Positions 1 to 25,892 of a stretch of 64,000 nt of DNA are shown one piece after another. The notes under the pieces are model-generated. The model had not been told where the DNA came from and searched no databases. It was given only the letters and a program-made list of their open reading frames with translations. Position numbers and translations under genes: made by a program. Position 1 is the stretch's first letter. Every line of letters starts with the position of its first letter. The stretch lies in NCBI RefSeq assembly GCF_009914755.1, contig NC_060947.1. One strand, 5' to 3'. This DNA is from the human T2T-CHM13v2.0 reference genome, Homo sapiens.

Positions 1-2502
1 AAAAGGGTTATAAAAAGTTTGTAGAAATTTCACTTCATGGTCAAGTTGGTTAGGATTAGATGGAATAATCTATAAGGTTTTATTTAAACAAATTAGGGTT
101 AACATTAACAAACTAATACAAGGGTAAAATTTGGTTTTAAACAGGATTTCCATGTCATAGTAAAGGCTAATAAAAGGTTTTTGACTTTTAAGTCATCATT
201 TGGGCAAAATAATCTATGGCAATCTGGGAACTGTCCTTCCTAATTGGCTTTTTGGATGGTTCATAGGGCCCCTGAAACATTTAAAAAAGAGATAAACAGG
301 ATTATTTGACATGTTTAGTCACATGAGATTGCCAAAATGATGTCCAATCTTCTTTAAGTTATATTTTGGTGAATAATACTAATATATGTTCAAAAATTGT
401 ATGGGATTTCTAAAATTCTAATGTCTAAGTATATGCTCTCAGTCATAATTAAAGGTAAAGTTATCGTAGACCATGGATATACACAAACTTCTTTGTCAGT
501 CATGTTTTTAATTGTAACTACCCAGGAAATGTTGCCATTCGCAGACAAGTGTTTTGTTCCTTCTCAAAAGACGGTTTGTAATCAAGCTATATTAAGAACT
601 TTAACAGGTGTTCTCAAATGCAGGTTTTAATAGCTTTACAGATTGTAACATTGGAACAGAGAAAGAACATAGAAAACTTTTAAAGAACTGACATGTTCAC
701 AAATATCAAGCAAAACAAGAGTTAACTAAATGAGTTGCACTCAGAAAGTTAAAGCAAGTCTTTTATCTTTTGCTTGGAATACTGCTGATCCTTGTTTTGT
801 TTTTCAGAGTCAAGGAGAAACTTATTTTAAACTATTTATGGCCTTTAATAATTGAGTAAGGTATATTCCTATGAACAAAATTTAGAGCATGTTTATTTCT
901 CTGCCTGGTTCCTCTGGAATTTGGGAACTATCTGTGAATACTCTTAACTTATGGCAATATAGTTGTTTGCATCGGTGCAATAAGAATCCATTTTTCTTTG
1001 TCAGCGGGACACAATTGGAAAAACTGGTTATTTTACCAAGGCTTTAACTGAAAGGGTGTGTTTCTCTTTAAGGAATCAAGCTTGACATGCAGAGCCAATA
1101 AAAGCCCCTTGGGGAGAACTGGCCTCATACCTTGTCTACACAGTCCCTGCACAGGGTTCCTAACCTGTGGTTAGTAAAGAATATCACTTTCTAACAGGTC
1201 TGGAAGCTCCGAGTTTATCTTGGGAACTCAAGAGGAGAGGATCACCCAGTTCACAGGTATTTGAGGATACAAACCCATTGCTGGGCTCGGCTTTAAAAGT
1301 CTTATCTGAAATTCCTTGTGAAACAGAGTTTCATCAAAGCCAATCCAAAAGGCCTATGTAAAAATAACCATTCTTGCTGCACTTTATGCAAATAATCAGG
1401 CCAAATATAAGACTACAGTTTATTTACAATTTGTTTTTACCAAAAATGAGGACTAGAGAGAAAAATGGTGCTCCAAAGCTTATCATACATTTGTCATTAA
1501 GTCCTAGTCTCATTAATTGTTTTCAAGCTTTTCGCCTACATTTTAGACTAACCCTGCTTATTCCTGTGAATCAAGTAGTGATCTCCTGCAGCTTGGAAGA
1601 AAAAATAAGGGATGGGTAATGTAAAAATCTGGATCAATATACTGGTTCTGGGCAATTATCCTGCAAATTCTGCCAGGTAATAAAAGTGAGTAGGGTGCCC
1701 ATAATCCGGAAGTTTCTTTGTTTAGGAAAATAAAAACAAGGAACTTCATAGACCCCCCCAAAGGGGAATTCTATATCTTGACAAGTAAAATTTTAGATGG
1801 AAATTATCTACAACACCACACTTACGGAAATTGCTATCCTCACTCTATTATTTGCAAAAGGGTTATACACAGTAGCACCTTCTAACTGAAGTATTAAACA
1901 GAGTTTCCATTGCTGTCGTATTTTGCTTAATTATTATCCTTATAGCAGGGATAATAGTTACTAACAAAAAGGAAGCATGAAAGTTTTACTATCACTGAGC
2001 CTGGTAGGACTTTTTATTGGGTTTAGTGATGCAGTTTTAAATGAAACATGCCGCTTTTGGATTAATACCTCTAGTAAAGGAAAATTTACAGATACTTAAA
2101 AATCAAATCAAAATTATTGATAGGCTCAGGAAAAATGCCAGCTTCAGCCCTGAGTGGCTACAAACCCTCTTTAATAAATTCCAGTCTTCTTTATGGAATT
2201 GGTTAACGCCTTTATTAAGCCCTCTCTTGCTTATATGTCTTGTATTGATATTTGGACTCTGTATATACAATACTATAACTCGAATTGTTTCTTCTCGCCT
2301 AGAAGCAATCAAACTCCAAATGGTGCTGTAAACTGAACCACACATGGACAGGCCATTCTTCCGAGGACCCTTAGATTGATCCCAGGGGGAGCCCTAGCTG
2401 CTATTCCCCATTCAACGCCCCTTTTCAGCAGGAAGTAGCCAGAAGGAGTCGCCGCCCAAAATCCCCTAACAGCAGTTAGTGTGGCATCTCCACAGGAAGT
2501 AA
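1..2502 (+). mobile_element. ERV1 (MER4-group-like) internal region, 3' part with env TM remnant
   Basis: ORF 2041-2331 reads ...SLWNWLTPLLSPLLLICLVLIFGLCIYNTITRIVSSRLEAIKLQMVL, a gammaretroviral env transmembrane/cytoplasmic tail. A purine-rich tract precedes TG at 2503. Confidence 0.8.
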
Positions 2503-2678
2503 TGTTGTAGGAGTTACTAAGAAATTATTTTAGGCAGATAGAGAGGAAAAGGGGTCCTTGGGAAGTTTTCATTTTTTAAAGCATCTCTGGAAAAGTTTCT
2601 TGTAAAGCCCCGGCTCTTAGAGCCAGGCTGGCAACCTTTGATATGCAAATGTAAGCCATTAGAAACCAGGTCCACCCA
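2503..2678 (+). mobile_element. 3' LTR of the ERV1 element, truncated by Alu
   Basis: Starts TGTTGTAGGAG directly after the PPT-like tract and is cut by an Alu at 2679. Confidence 0.65.
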
Positions 2679-3135
<457 letters not shown>

Positions 3136-3166
3136 ATGTATGTATGTATATATGTATGTATGTATG

Positions 3167-3270
3167 TTAACCTCATCCTAAAACATCCTCACAGAACATC
3201 CAGAATAATGTTTGACCAAATATCTGGGCACCAATGGCACATTCAAGTTGACATAAAATTAACCCTCACA
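3167..3270 (-). mobile_element. MLT2 (ERVL LTR) 5' fragment
   Basis: Reverse complement begins TGTGAGGGTTAATTTTATGTCAACTTG, like the MLT2 terminus. Confidence 0.65.
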
Positions 3271-4464
3271 ATACCGTACTGTACAACTTTTGGAGTGAAG
3301 CTGGAATGTCATCGCATTTCCAAGACTAACTCAGTGTCCACAAATGATGCTTAAGTCATGAGGATCATCTCGGATTTGGATTTGGATGCCTGTCAAGCCC
3401 TCACTCTTCAGACTAAATGTCTGATTTGCATGGAGAATTATCAAGAGAAGCAACAATGCCAAGCAGACTATTCCAGGTCAAAATAGTCAAATTAATAATT
3501 CATAAATTATTATATGTTTTGAAGGTATCGCAAAATTAAAGTTGCAAGAACAGTACAGATAACTTTTTTCCTGAACCATTTGAGAGTAGGTTGCAGACCT
3601 GGTGCCCCATCATTTCTGAATATTTTAGTGTGCATTTTCTACAAACAAGGACATTTTCCAGCATAACCACAATGCACCCATCAATGTCGTGAAATTAATG
3701 TTGGTACATTACTACCACCTAGTCCTCAGACCCTATTCAAATTATACCAGTTATCATAATAGTTTCTTATAATTTATAGCAAAATGATCCAAACCAGGAG
3801 CATGCATTGCATTTTTATGAATTTTTAAAACAATTAAGTCTGTGTAGTGAGTGAAGCCACAGTGATAGGAATATATAAAGGCTTTGCATCTAGAATTTGT
3901 TCTGAAAACCCTGAGATTCAAGTAGTACATTATTTCATTTACTATTTTACACAGAGAAGCCCTCATTTTTAAGAGTTTGCCTTTCTGATTTCCACCGGAA
4001 ATGATACTATCAGTATCATACTCAGAATCTTAATTACATACAAGGCACTAACCTCTCACCTGTTTTCAGCTTTGTGTAAAGACAAGGGATCAAAACATCC
4101 CTTTCTGCTATTTCATACTTAAGTGTGGGAGCTGATCCAAAGGAAGAATAGTTTCAAAAGTTTGTAGCAAAAAAAATTTAAAAGGTGAAGATTTTTTCCT
4201 TGAATGATTCTCACCTGGCAGATCTATGGAAAGATTAGCTGACTCTTTGGATCCCTGAATATAGTTAATAGAAATTTGGAAGGACCATGTCAAAATTAAC
4301 TAATGTGAACTGACAAAGATTTGGTGTTCAAAGCAAAAATTAAACTTTGGAAAAGTGAGCAAGTACTTAATCAGAAACAAAAAAAAAAAAGAAAGGAAAA
4401 GTTAGGTGAAAATGGTTTCCAGGTGTTGTTGCTGTTATAGTTTGAATCATAAAAGTTGTTAAAA

Positions 4465-4816
4465 GTCTGCTGTAACAAACCATCATAGACTGGGTGACTT
4501 ATAAAGAACAAAAATGTATTTCTCACAGTTCCAGAGGCTGGGAAGTCTAAGATCAAGGCATCAGCAGATTCAGTGTCTGGTGAGGGCCCACTTTCTGGTT
4601 CATAGATGGCACCTTCTCACTGTCTCCCCACGTGATGGAAGGGGCAAGAGGTCTCTCTTGGTACTCTTTTATTAAGGGCACTAATCCCATCCATGGGGCT
4701 CCACCTTCATGACCTATTCATCTCCCAGAGGCCCTACCTGCAGATACCATCGTATGGGGGATTTGATTTCAGCCTGTGAATTTGGGGGAAGCGGGACAAA
4801 CATTCGTTTTGTAGCA
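4465..4816 (-). mobile_element. MaLR LTR (MLT1A/MST-like)
   Basis: Contains the ATTTCTCACAGTTCCAGAGGCTGGGAAGTCTAAGATCAAGG hallmark. The reverse-complement start is TGCTAC..GAATGTTTGTCCC. Confidence 0.8.
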
Positions 4817-5796
4817 AAAGGAGTAGAGTAATATCTGCCAATAACTGGAGGAAAGAATTGTTCTTTTAAAACTATTAAATTGTTTAATGGGATTTAAATG
4901 ATTTCAGGAATGAAATGGAAATCCTGGTAATGGGTAGAAACATAGGTAAATTCTCCTTTTCCACTTACCACCACCTGTGTGAACAACAATCATTTCTCAT
5001 TAATAGTCAAGAATTTGAAGAGATCATGAGTAAAAAGTCTTGATCAGAAATTGTGTATAGCTGTTTCCAGCATAAAACCTTATATAAAATGCATATTCAT
5101 AGAAGATGCTCAAGTATGTCATGAAAAATATGAAGTTTATTTAAATATTTATACAAATTAAAGATTTACTGTATTCTCTAACAGCGCGTATTTTCTTTTT
5201 TGTAATAACTATATGAAATAAATACAAAGTAACACGTTTTTACCAAGCCCCCTTCCCATCCTTCTCATCACCCTCAAACTCCCTCCAAATAGAGTCAGAG
5301 AAACAGCCAGAGGGATGTCTCCACTGAGACACAGGGAGGTCTTGCACCCAGGCAGTTCAGCAGTTCCTGGGCGGGTGGCCCTTCCCATCTGAGTACCCCT
5401 CAATGTGCCTGCTCCTCCTGGGATCCTTTCTGCTCCCTTGGGCCTCTGTTTTTGGTCTGCAATGGTTGGTTATGTAGAGGGATCAGTATTGGGGTTGTCC
5501 CAAGCCAGGCTACAGGTTGAGCAGGTAGCCACATAGGCCACATAGCAGGACGGGCCCAGCTGGGGACTCTGATGTCTGCAATTAGGGGTGGCAGGAAGTA
5601 ATGGATGCACAGGCGCTGACTTGGCCTGGCCTTAAGCCTTAGTCTAGCGGAAAGGTCTGGCTGTTTACCTGCCTTCCTATTTGGAGCTGATCCCAGGACC
5701 AAACGGGATGCCATCGTACCAAGGGCAGGGAGATGAAGGGAGGCCCTCAGAAGAGAATGAGGCCTAAATGCCAGGTAAAGGGCAGGAAGGGGTTCA

Positions 5797-6567
<771 letters not shown>

Positions 6568-6809
6568 TCAGGGTACCCCCAGTGACCCTGGCCCTATAAA
6601 GCCTTGCATTTCTCCACCTGATCTCCCTCCCATCTTACTTCCAGTGCCCCAGCCGTTCCCAGCAGGACAAGCTGGGCCCCACCGTCTGGTTTCTAGGCCT
6701 TAGCTACTGCTGAGGTGGATTCTCCTCCTTCTCACAACCTGAGAAACCCCTACTCATCTCTCCAGACAGTTCATCACCACCTTCTCTGGGGTCTTCCTTC
6801 ACCTTCCTT

Positions 6810-10470
<3,661 letters not shown>

Positions 10471-10473
10471 TAC

Positions 10474-10968
10474 TGTTGCCGAACACCAGGGGTTCAGCCT
10501 AGGCCTGGTTGCTTGCCGCACAGAAAGCCAATCACTGAGATGAATATTGCCAGGGAAGAACAGCTTTAATGCCAGTAATGTCAGCCAGGAGATGGGAGAC
10601 CAGTCTCAAATCCATCTCTCCAATTGACTAAAGTTAGGGGTTTATATAGTAGGGAAGGAACGTAAAACAAGAATTAGGGAGGAGTAAGGAAGAGGAGTTG
10701 GTCAACGGGCAGCAGGTGGTTGGATGAGGGGTCTGGTGTCTCACCGTAACCATATGCAGGAAAACAGAAATTCGGGAGGTATAAAGAAGAGGAGTTTGTC
10801 AACAGGCAGCAGCCATGTCTCATTGTCTGGATGTGGTGATATGGGAGATTTCAGTTCCTCGATTCTCTCTGGGAGGCCTGATGGTTGGTTTCCTGAGAAA
10901 GGAACTCAGATAAAAACAAATATAAGTTTCTCAATTTTCAGTTTAGTGCAAAAACTGGGTTGATTTCA
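10474..10968 (-). mobile_element. ERV1-class solo LTR
   Basis: TG...CA termini with a 4-bp TSD ATAC (10470-10473, 10969-10972), inserted in L1. It carries an internal ~50-nt duplication. Strand is inferred from ATTAAA on minus near 10565. Confidence 0.75.
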
Positions 10969-11236
10969 ATACTATACAGGCAAGAAGATAAAGCACAGCT
11001 ATATGTTAAAACGTGGATCAATCTTAAAAGCATAATGTTGAATGAAAGAAACCAAACACAAGAGAATACATACTGTACGACTCTATGATGTTAATAAAAA
11101 CAGGCAAAACTAAACTACACAAATAGGAAGTCATGCTTAAGTGGTAAAATGTTAAAGAAAAGTAAGGAAGTGGTGACCATAAAAGTCAATGTTTGGATCC
11201 TGAATCAAACAATCTAACTATTAAAAGATATATTTT

Positions 11237-11650
11237 GGTCGGGTGTGGTGGCTCACACCTGTAATCCCAGCACTTTGTGAGGCCAAGATGGAAGGATCAC
11301 TTGAGGCTGGAAGTTAGAGACCAGACTGGGCAACAGAGCAAAACTCTATCTCTACAAAAAAAATTCAAATTAGGTGCACTTGGTTTCTCAAGTCACCCAC
11401 TTAGCCCTCTTCCAAGTTGTACTTTCCTTCTTTTCTTTCCTTTCCTTACTGTTCTAAAGCTTTTAAATAAACTTTCACTCCTGCTTTGAAAAAAATAAAA
11501 ATTAGCCAGGTGTGGTGGTGTATGCCTGTAGGCCCAGCTACTCGGGAGGCTGAAGCTGGAGGATCACTGGAGCCCAGAAGCTTGAGGTTACAGTTTGAGC
11601 TATGATTGTGCTGCACTCCAGCCTGGATGACAGAACAAGACCCTGCATTT
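11237..11650 (+). mobile_element. AluJ interrupted by a short LTR-derived insert (11374-11495)
   Basis: Left and right Alu arms are separated by non-Alu sequence containing AATAAACTTTCACTCCTGC and an A tail. Confidence 0.8.
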
Positions 11651-11844
11651 TAAAAAAATGTTTTTTATTTGTAAATAATTTTTCAAATATGTTTTTAGTT
11701 AAATTGGGAACATCTGAATATAATGACATTCATTTGACTATGATGACAGTAAGGAATGATTGTGAATTGTGTTAGGTGTACTAATCGTTTTGTAATTACA
11801 TAAGGAAATGTCTTCATGTCATGTTTCACGATTTTAAAAGGCAA

Positions 11845-12771
<927 letters not shown>

Positions 12772-12859
12772 TTTTAAAAGGCAAGATCATGGTTGTAAAC
12801 TTTTAGTTCAAGGCATGGTCAGACACTGGGGAGCTTCTTTCACTGCCCTCAAAAAAGAA

Positions 12860-14850
<1,991 letters not shown>

Positions 14851-14852
14851 AA

Positions 14853-15387
14853 TAGAGTCTCATTCTGTCACCCAGGCTTAAGGGCAGTGGTGTGATTTCG
14901 GCTCACTGCAACCTCTGCCTCCGGGGTTCAAGCGATTATCTTGCCTCAGCCACCCGAGTAGCTGGGATTACCACCACCACACCCGGCTTTTTTTTTTTTT
15001 TTTTTTTTTTTTTTTTGAGATGGAGTCTCACTGTCGCCCAGGCTGGAGTGCAGTGGCGCGATCTCGGCTCGCTGCAGGCTCCACCCCCCGGGGGTTCACC
15101 CCATTCTCCTGCCTCAGCCTCCCAAGTAGCTGGGACTACAGGCACCCGCCACCACGCCTGGCTAATTTTTTGTATTTTTAGTAGAGACGGGGTTTCACCG
15201 TGTTAGCCAGGATGGTCTCGATCTCCTGACCTCGTGATCCGCCCGCCTCGGAAATTTTTGTATTTTTAGTAGAGGAGGGGTTTCACCATGTGGGCCAGAC
15301 TGGTGTTGAACTCCTGGCCTCAAGTGATCCGCCCACCTCGGCCTTCCAAATTGCTGGGATTAGAGGTGTGAGCCACCACGCCTAGCC
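14853..15387 (-). mobile_element. Alu with nested AluY (~14988-15250)
   Basis: Two interleaved reverse Alu sequences; the inner copy has AluY-type GTTAGCCAGGATGGTCTCGATC. Confidence 0.85.
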
Positions 15388-15994
15388 TATATTTATATAT
15401 ATATTTTTTTTTTTGTTTGTTTGTTTTTTGTTTTTAAGTAATCTTTTTATCTCTTCCAGGCACAGGACTGATGCAGCCTGAAATCAGACATAAAACCAAA
15501 TCCTGCAGGTTGCTGAATTACAACGCAGGTTGAATTCATAGGATCTCCAGGTCTCATATGCAAAAACATGGCTACTGATTAGGGAACAATGGGACCTTGA
15601 GACTAGGAATAGGAACATCAGGATTGATTTGGATAGATCTGAGCACCCTAAACCCCAACCCTCACTGAGTTTCCCCTGGCAGCAGAAGCAGCCCTTCTTC
15701 CCCAGTCTATGGGGCTGGTCCTGCCTGACTTGGGGACCCTCTCACTGTTAGGCTAATCTTTTCAAGATCCACCCGTATCATCTCTTGCTGCCTCCAGACC
15801 CATTACTGAATTCAGATTCCTGTATGTCCCAGGAAGTAAAGTCAAACCTATGAGGAGAAAGCACACACACACAAATGATAAGATTTAGCTAATTTATACT
15901 GGCAGAAACCTCCATAATATGGGTGACAGAGTGAGACCATGTCTCAAAAAAAAAAAAAAAAAAAAAAGAAAAAGAAAAAAAGAAACCTCCATAA

Positions 15995-19075
<3,081 letters not shown>

Positions 19076-19374
19076 GGGCCAAACTTTTCAGTATGGGTAC
19101 ACTCATCAGCAATCCTGGATGTACTTTGTTAGTTGAAGCAGCTAGGAGTATTTCTAAAAATTGTTCTATTGATTGACCAAAACCTCTACTCAATAGTAGC
19201 TTGTGTTAAATGAGGTTAAGATGCCAGAAATTCCATGGTACAGTGTAGGCAGGGGAATCCATCGTTTAGGGCAATAAGAATGTTGGAATCGATTAGTCAT
19301 ATGTAACACATTCAACTCACCCTTTTGACTATGTGGACATTGACATTCCTTTCACAGGACTTTGAGAAATACAC

Positions 19375-19792
19375 TGTGGTAGAGACTAGCTAAGTGGTCA
19401 TTAAACTTGTTTCCTCTTCCTCCTAGGGACAGATTTAGACTACATTTGTCAGTGTCCCTTACAGTTGGGTATGCCCATTGTCTGAGTTCTGGCTAATGGA
19501 ATATGAGAAGTGATGTGTGCTACATCCGGCTCATAGAAACCTCCCACATGGTCTTTTCCTCTTCTGGCTATTAAGGATGGAGATGACAATAAAAAATACA
19601 ATGATGACCATGTTTTGAAGATGGCAGACCTTCTAGACAGAAAGTGCCTAAGCCTCTGAATCATCACTTAGAAGAGGGAAACTCAATTATTAACACCTGT
19701 TTTGGAATACTACAGAAGCAAGAAGTAAACTTGTCTTAAATCTCAGAAAATTTTTTTCTGTCCCAGGAGCTAGCTTTACCTTAACTAGTACA
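19375..19792 (+). mobile_element. MaLR LTR (MLT1)
   Basis: TGTGGTAG start and CCTTAACTAGTACA end, with MLT1-like internal motifs. Confidence 0.6.
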
Positions 19793-21499
19793 TGAATGAG
19801 TACCAGTATTATAAAGCATTGCAGTGATTTATTTCTGCAGGTGAGGGTCATGGTGAGAAATCATGAATGGGCTCCCTGATTTCAATGGAGGTGACAGGTT
19901 CATCTCCAAAGAGAAGTTGGGTCTCGTTCTTATAATGGATAGCAGAGCCATAGCAATAATCAGGTTTGACCTGTGGAGGTTTGTATAACAGTGGATAATT
20001 AAGGATAGTTTCCCTAGGACCAAAATAGGTAGCCTGATAAAGTCCTAGTTGTTATATAACCCCAATAATCTTCTACTCTGGAAAATGGAGGCCTGATTTT
20101 GTCCTCAAAAATGTGGCATCCCAGCCTCTTCCCCAGTTCATAGACCAGAGCCCCTTGAATGAAGGGGAGGGTCCATCTGAAGAAGGACCTTGCTACACTT
20201 TTCACAAGTGTGTATGGCAAAATCTCCCTCCTTGCTTTCCTCACAGAGACCTGCAGCCACAGTCATTGTACACTGGGGACAGGGAAATATCCAGGCCTTT
20301 GAAATAGACTGGATATTGGTTCTGAATTAATGTTAATCTCTGGTGATCCAGATTGCCACTGCAGCCCATCAGTCAGAGTGGGATGGGGTTATACATGAAG
20401 TTTTGATCTGAGTCTTTCTTACACTGGGCCCAGAAGAAATCCTGTGGTGATTTCTCCAGTTCTTGGATATACTATTCGAATCTACACAGTATAGATGGCA
20501 TAAAGGGGAGGAGGACTACAGCTGAAGAGCAAGTTAAAGACTCAAGAAATGGGGGATAAAATTGGAGGTGGCAATATCGTGACAACAGGAGTCCCAGGAG
20601 CAGAGAAAAATAAAAATGGAAAAGTGGGTCTATTTTGTGAATGAATGGCTGAGCATAGGACTCCAAGTGACCCAGGCAAGCTGAGCTCCCCATGGTGAGT
20701 TGTGTGTTAACTGTCTCATCAAGCCACGAAGTTATCTATGTGCAGTAGCACTCCACCACCGAATAGAATAGAGTTATACAAGCAGGCCTAGATGATGAAT
20801 AAGCTGCCTGAGCAAGTGAATCATACTCCCAACTGCTGTACTGCCATCCCTCTCTCACCCACACCTGAAGCCTCATGGGGAATTCCCTGTGACCAGGTGA
20901 CTAAGGGATACAATATTCTATTCCAGCTTGGTTTATACATAGCCCTGCATGATATGCTGGCCCTGCTGAAGTAGCTAGCTGTAGTGTTACAGCCCTACTT
21001 AGGGTTGATCCTGAAGGACAGTGAGAAGGGAAATTCTCCCAGTAGAACAACTGCCTGGTCACATAGCTGGTCAGAGGTATAGATAGGTTTCCACTGTTTC
21101 ATGAGTAGTTTTTAATGATTCGGCTAAATGGTGAAGGACTTGGAAATAACAGGACTGAAATATTATTGACAAGGTCTGAGGAAGAGCATATGGCTGTCCC
21201 TCTTGGAATGGGCAGAGATATTCACGTCCCACATAAATAAGCACCAGAGAGAGTCCACTGCAGAAGAGGAGCTCAATCAAGTAGACAGGTAGGTGTCCTG
21301 TTCTGTGATGTCAGTCAGCCTCTTATCTGTCACCCTTTTCTTTGCCCAATGGATTCCTGAACAAAATGGCCATGGTGGCAGGCATGGAGGTTATGCATGG
21401 ACTCCACAATATGGACTTCCACCACGACCAATCTGGCTATAAGCCACTGCTGAGTGCCCAACCTGCCAACAGAACAGTAACCCAAGCCCCCCTGTGGAA

Positions 21500-23405
<1,906 letters not shown>

Positions 23406-25539
23406 GATAGGCGTGGAGGTTATGTACCTCGGCAATATGAACTTCTAACCTACCAAGGCCACTGTGGCCCTAGCACTGCTGAATTCCCAACCTACCAACA
23501 GCAGAGATCAACACTGAGCTCCCACTGTGAACTATTTCCGGATTGCAGGCTGATTACTTTGGACCCCTTCTGTCTAGCACAGGCCTTAGGGTCACAGAGA
23601 TTTGGTGAAAATCCCAGCTCTGCCAGGCTGATATGCTTAGGTGAGGCCTGTTTTCCTAGGGGTCTGTTTCCTGTGTCTGTTGGGGACTTTGTGAAATACC
23701 TCACATGGAGCTGAGCACCCAGGTGGAGGTTCACAAGGGGCTGTTCCCCTTCCTTTCATGTGAGTGCCCAGGGGCAAGAACCCTGTTCCTCTGCTTCCTA
23801 ACCCCTCTTCTCCCATCACAATTTCAGGTCTTCTGGGAAGCATGGTTAGTGTCTGCCCCTTCAAGGACCCACTGACCATGTACCTCAGACCCCAGGCGCC
23901 ACTCCCAAGGGGTGGTATCCTGTACCACTGGACTCTGCAATGCAAAGGAAACAGAGTCATATGCACAGTGTGGAGCCCCAACTGATGCTCCTACCTCCTT
24001 CTAAGCTAGATTGCGGGCCCTTGGCCTGGAAGTGGAGACAGACTGAGGCCTGGGCCTTGCCTTCCCTCCAGAAGCTCCAGAGCTTGGGGGTGGGAGGAGA
24101 GACAGACCTATTAATCTTAGTGTGTTTCAGACACCAGGTAAGGCACAGGTGGAGACACTAAGGAGAAGGGGAAGAAGGGTTCAGTTGGGCCTGAAGGGTT
24201 TGGGTAAAGTCCTTAATAGAAGTGATGTCTCTTTCCATCCCCTTGTCACCTGCAGATTCAGGAGCCATCCTGAGGGATGTGGCAACATTTGGGAGGACTC
24301 GGCAGCTAGGTGATATCTCTATAATAGAAAATGACTTTGAGGTGAGAAGATACCCACTGCTTCCCTGACCTCATTCTCCCCAGCCCCTTATCTGAGGGGG
24401 AGGGTGTCCCCTGAGCCAGTCCCCCTCCCTTTCTAGGGGAGTATCTGGGAAAGAGGGCAGATTTGGAACCAGAGAAAGCTCTCTGGAAGAGGTTAGATTT
24501 GATCTGGGTCTTGCAGGATGATGGCCAGGGCCTCTCCTGCAGAGTTCATGGAATGCATGTCTGCTGTGAAGGAGTGTGTGAGGGATGGGACACAGACGTG
24601 CCAACATGGTAAAGGCTGTCTGAAAACTGGTGAAGGATGGGCCTATACCAGGGAGGCCTCCGTCCTGGGCCAAGCAGTTCTCTAACCTGGGAGTTGCTTC
24701 AGGTTGTAGGCACCATCTCTTCCTCTCCTGTCTGGACACTTCCTGTGGCTGACTGCCTTGGCAGTGGTAGTTAAGTGCTGAGATTGAGCCCCTTCCTGCC
24801 CATCCCAGCTCTCACACTCATCTCTCCTGTCAGCTCCTCCAACCCCCTTTTCATGATCAATTCCAGCCAAAAGGTCAGCCTTTTCCCCTAGACTGAGACC
24901 TGGGGTCAAGCTGGACCCGGCAGGGTTGTCCACGGACTCCTCTCTCTCTCCTTACTTGTATAGCCTAGGGTCCCAACTGGAAGACTAGATGAAGCAGGGC
25001 TGAGCCAGACCTTCCCACCAATCAAAGCTGCCAGAAGAGGGCGGGCTTTCTTATTTACCACTAGGTTCCTATCAGCTGCAAATATTGGGAAGGGGGAATG
25101 AAACCCATGAACGTTCAGATGAGAAAGCAAAATAAGAGTGGCAGTGTGCTAAGCTCCTGGGCTAGGGATCAGGACCCAGCCTTTAGCCTCCTCACAGCCC
25201 CTTGAGAGGACGGAAAGCCCTTGAGGCAGGCATGATAGGAAGCTGACTGGCTTAGGGCTTCCATACTCTTGCTTCCTCCTTTGTATCCTCGTATCATGGG
25301 CAGACTCCAAACACAGAACACTCAAGACCACAAAGAATGGTTCTTAGCCTTTGGAGGGTCAAGGATCCCTTTATGAATCTGATACAAGCTGGTTAGTCTT
25401 CTTGTCAGAAAAACACATGCATGCAAACACCCACAAAAACATGTAAACAATCTGTTGATGGTCCCTGATTTAGTCCAGCACCCTCATCTTAAAGACTTTG
25501 GGACTCAGAAGAGAGATCTTTCCAACTACTATGGGACCA

Positions 25540-25830
25540 TTAATGGGCTTGAAACCACTTTGCTAAGTGAAAGAAGCTAGACACAAAGGATCACATATTA
25601 TACGATTCCATTTATGTAAAATGTCCAGAATAGGCAAATGGGATGAGGGGTAAAGGACGCCTAAGGGATATGGAGTTTCTTTCTGCAGTGATGAAAATGT
25701 TCTGAAATTTTTTTTCGAATGATGGCTGCACAACTCTGAATATACTAAAAGCTATTTAATTGTATACTTTTAAGTGGGTGACTGTATGGTATGTACATTA
25801 TATATATCAATAAGCTGTCTTAAAAAAGTG
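25540..25830 (+). mobile_element. L1M 3' end fragment
   Basis: GCTAAGTGAAAGAAGC...GATTCCATTTATGTAAAATGTCCAGAATAGGCAAA motif. Confidence 0.7.
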
Positions 25831-25865
25831 AACTCAGGGGTTGCAAATGACCACACATCTGAGCT

Positions 25866-25892
25866 TTAGTCCCCATTCATCAGGGGCATAAC
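25866..25892 (-). CDS. KDM5C: KDM5C alternative terminal exon, coding part (VMPLMNGD*)
   Basis: Strong acceptor cctgatttttctccacAG|GTTATG, in phase 0 like the exon 25 donor. Confidence 0.65.
   Translation of the reverse strand, partial: VMPLMNGD

Noticed and set aside
23550-25340. Non-repetitive GC-rich stretch with many short ORFs downstream of KDM5C
   Set aside because: I see no recognisable homology or consistent exon structure. It may be regulatory, but sequence alone cannot support that.
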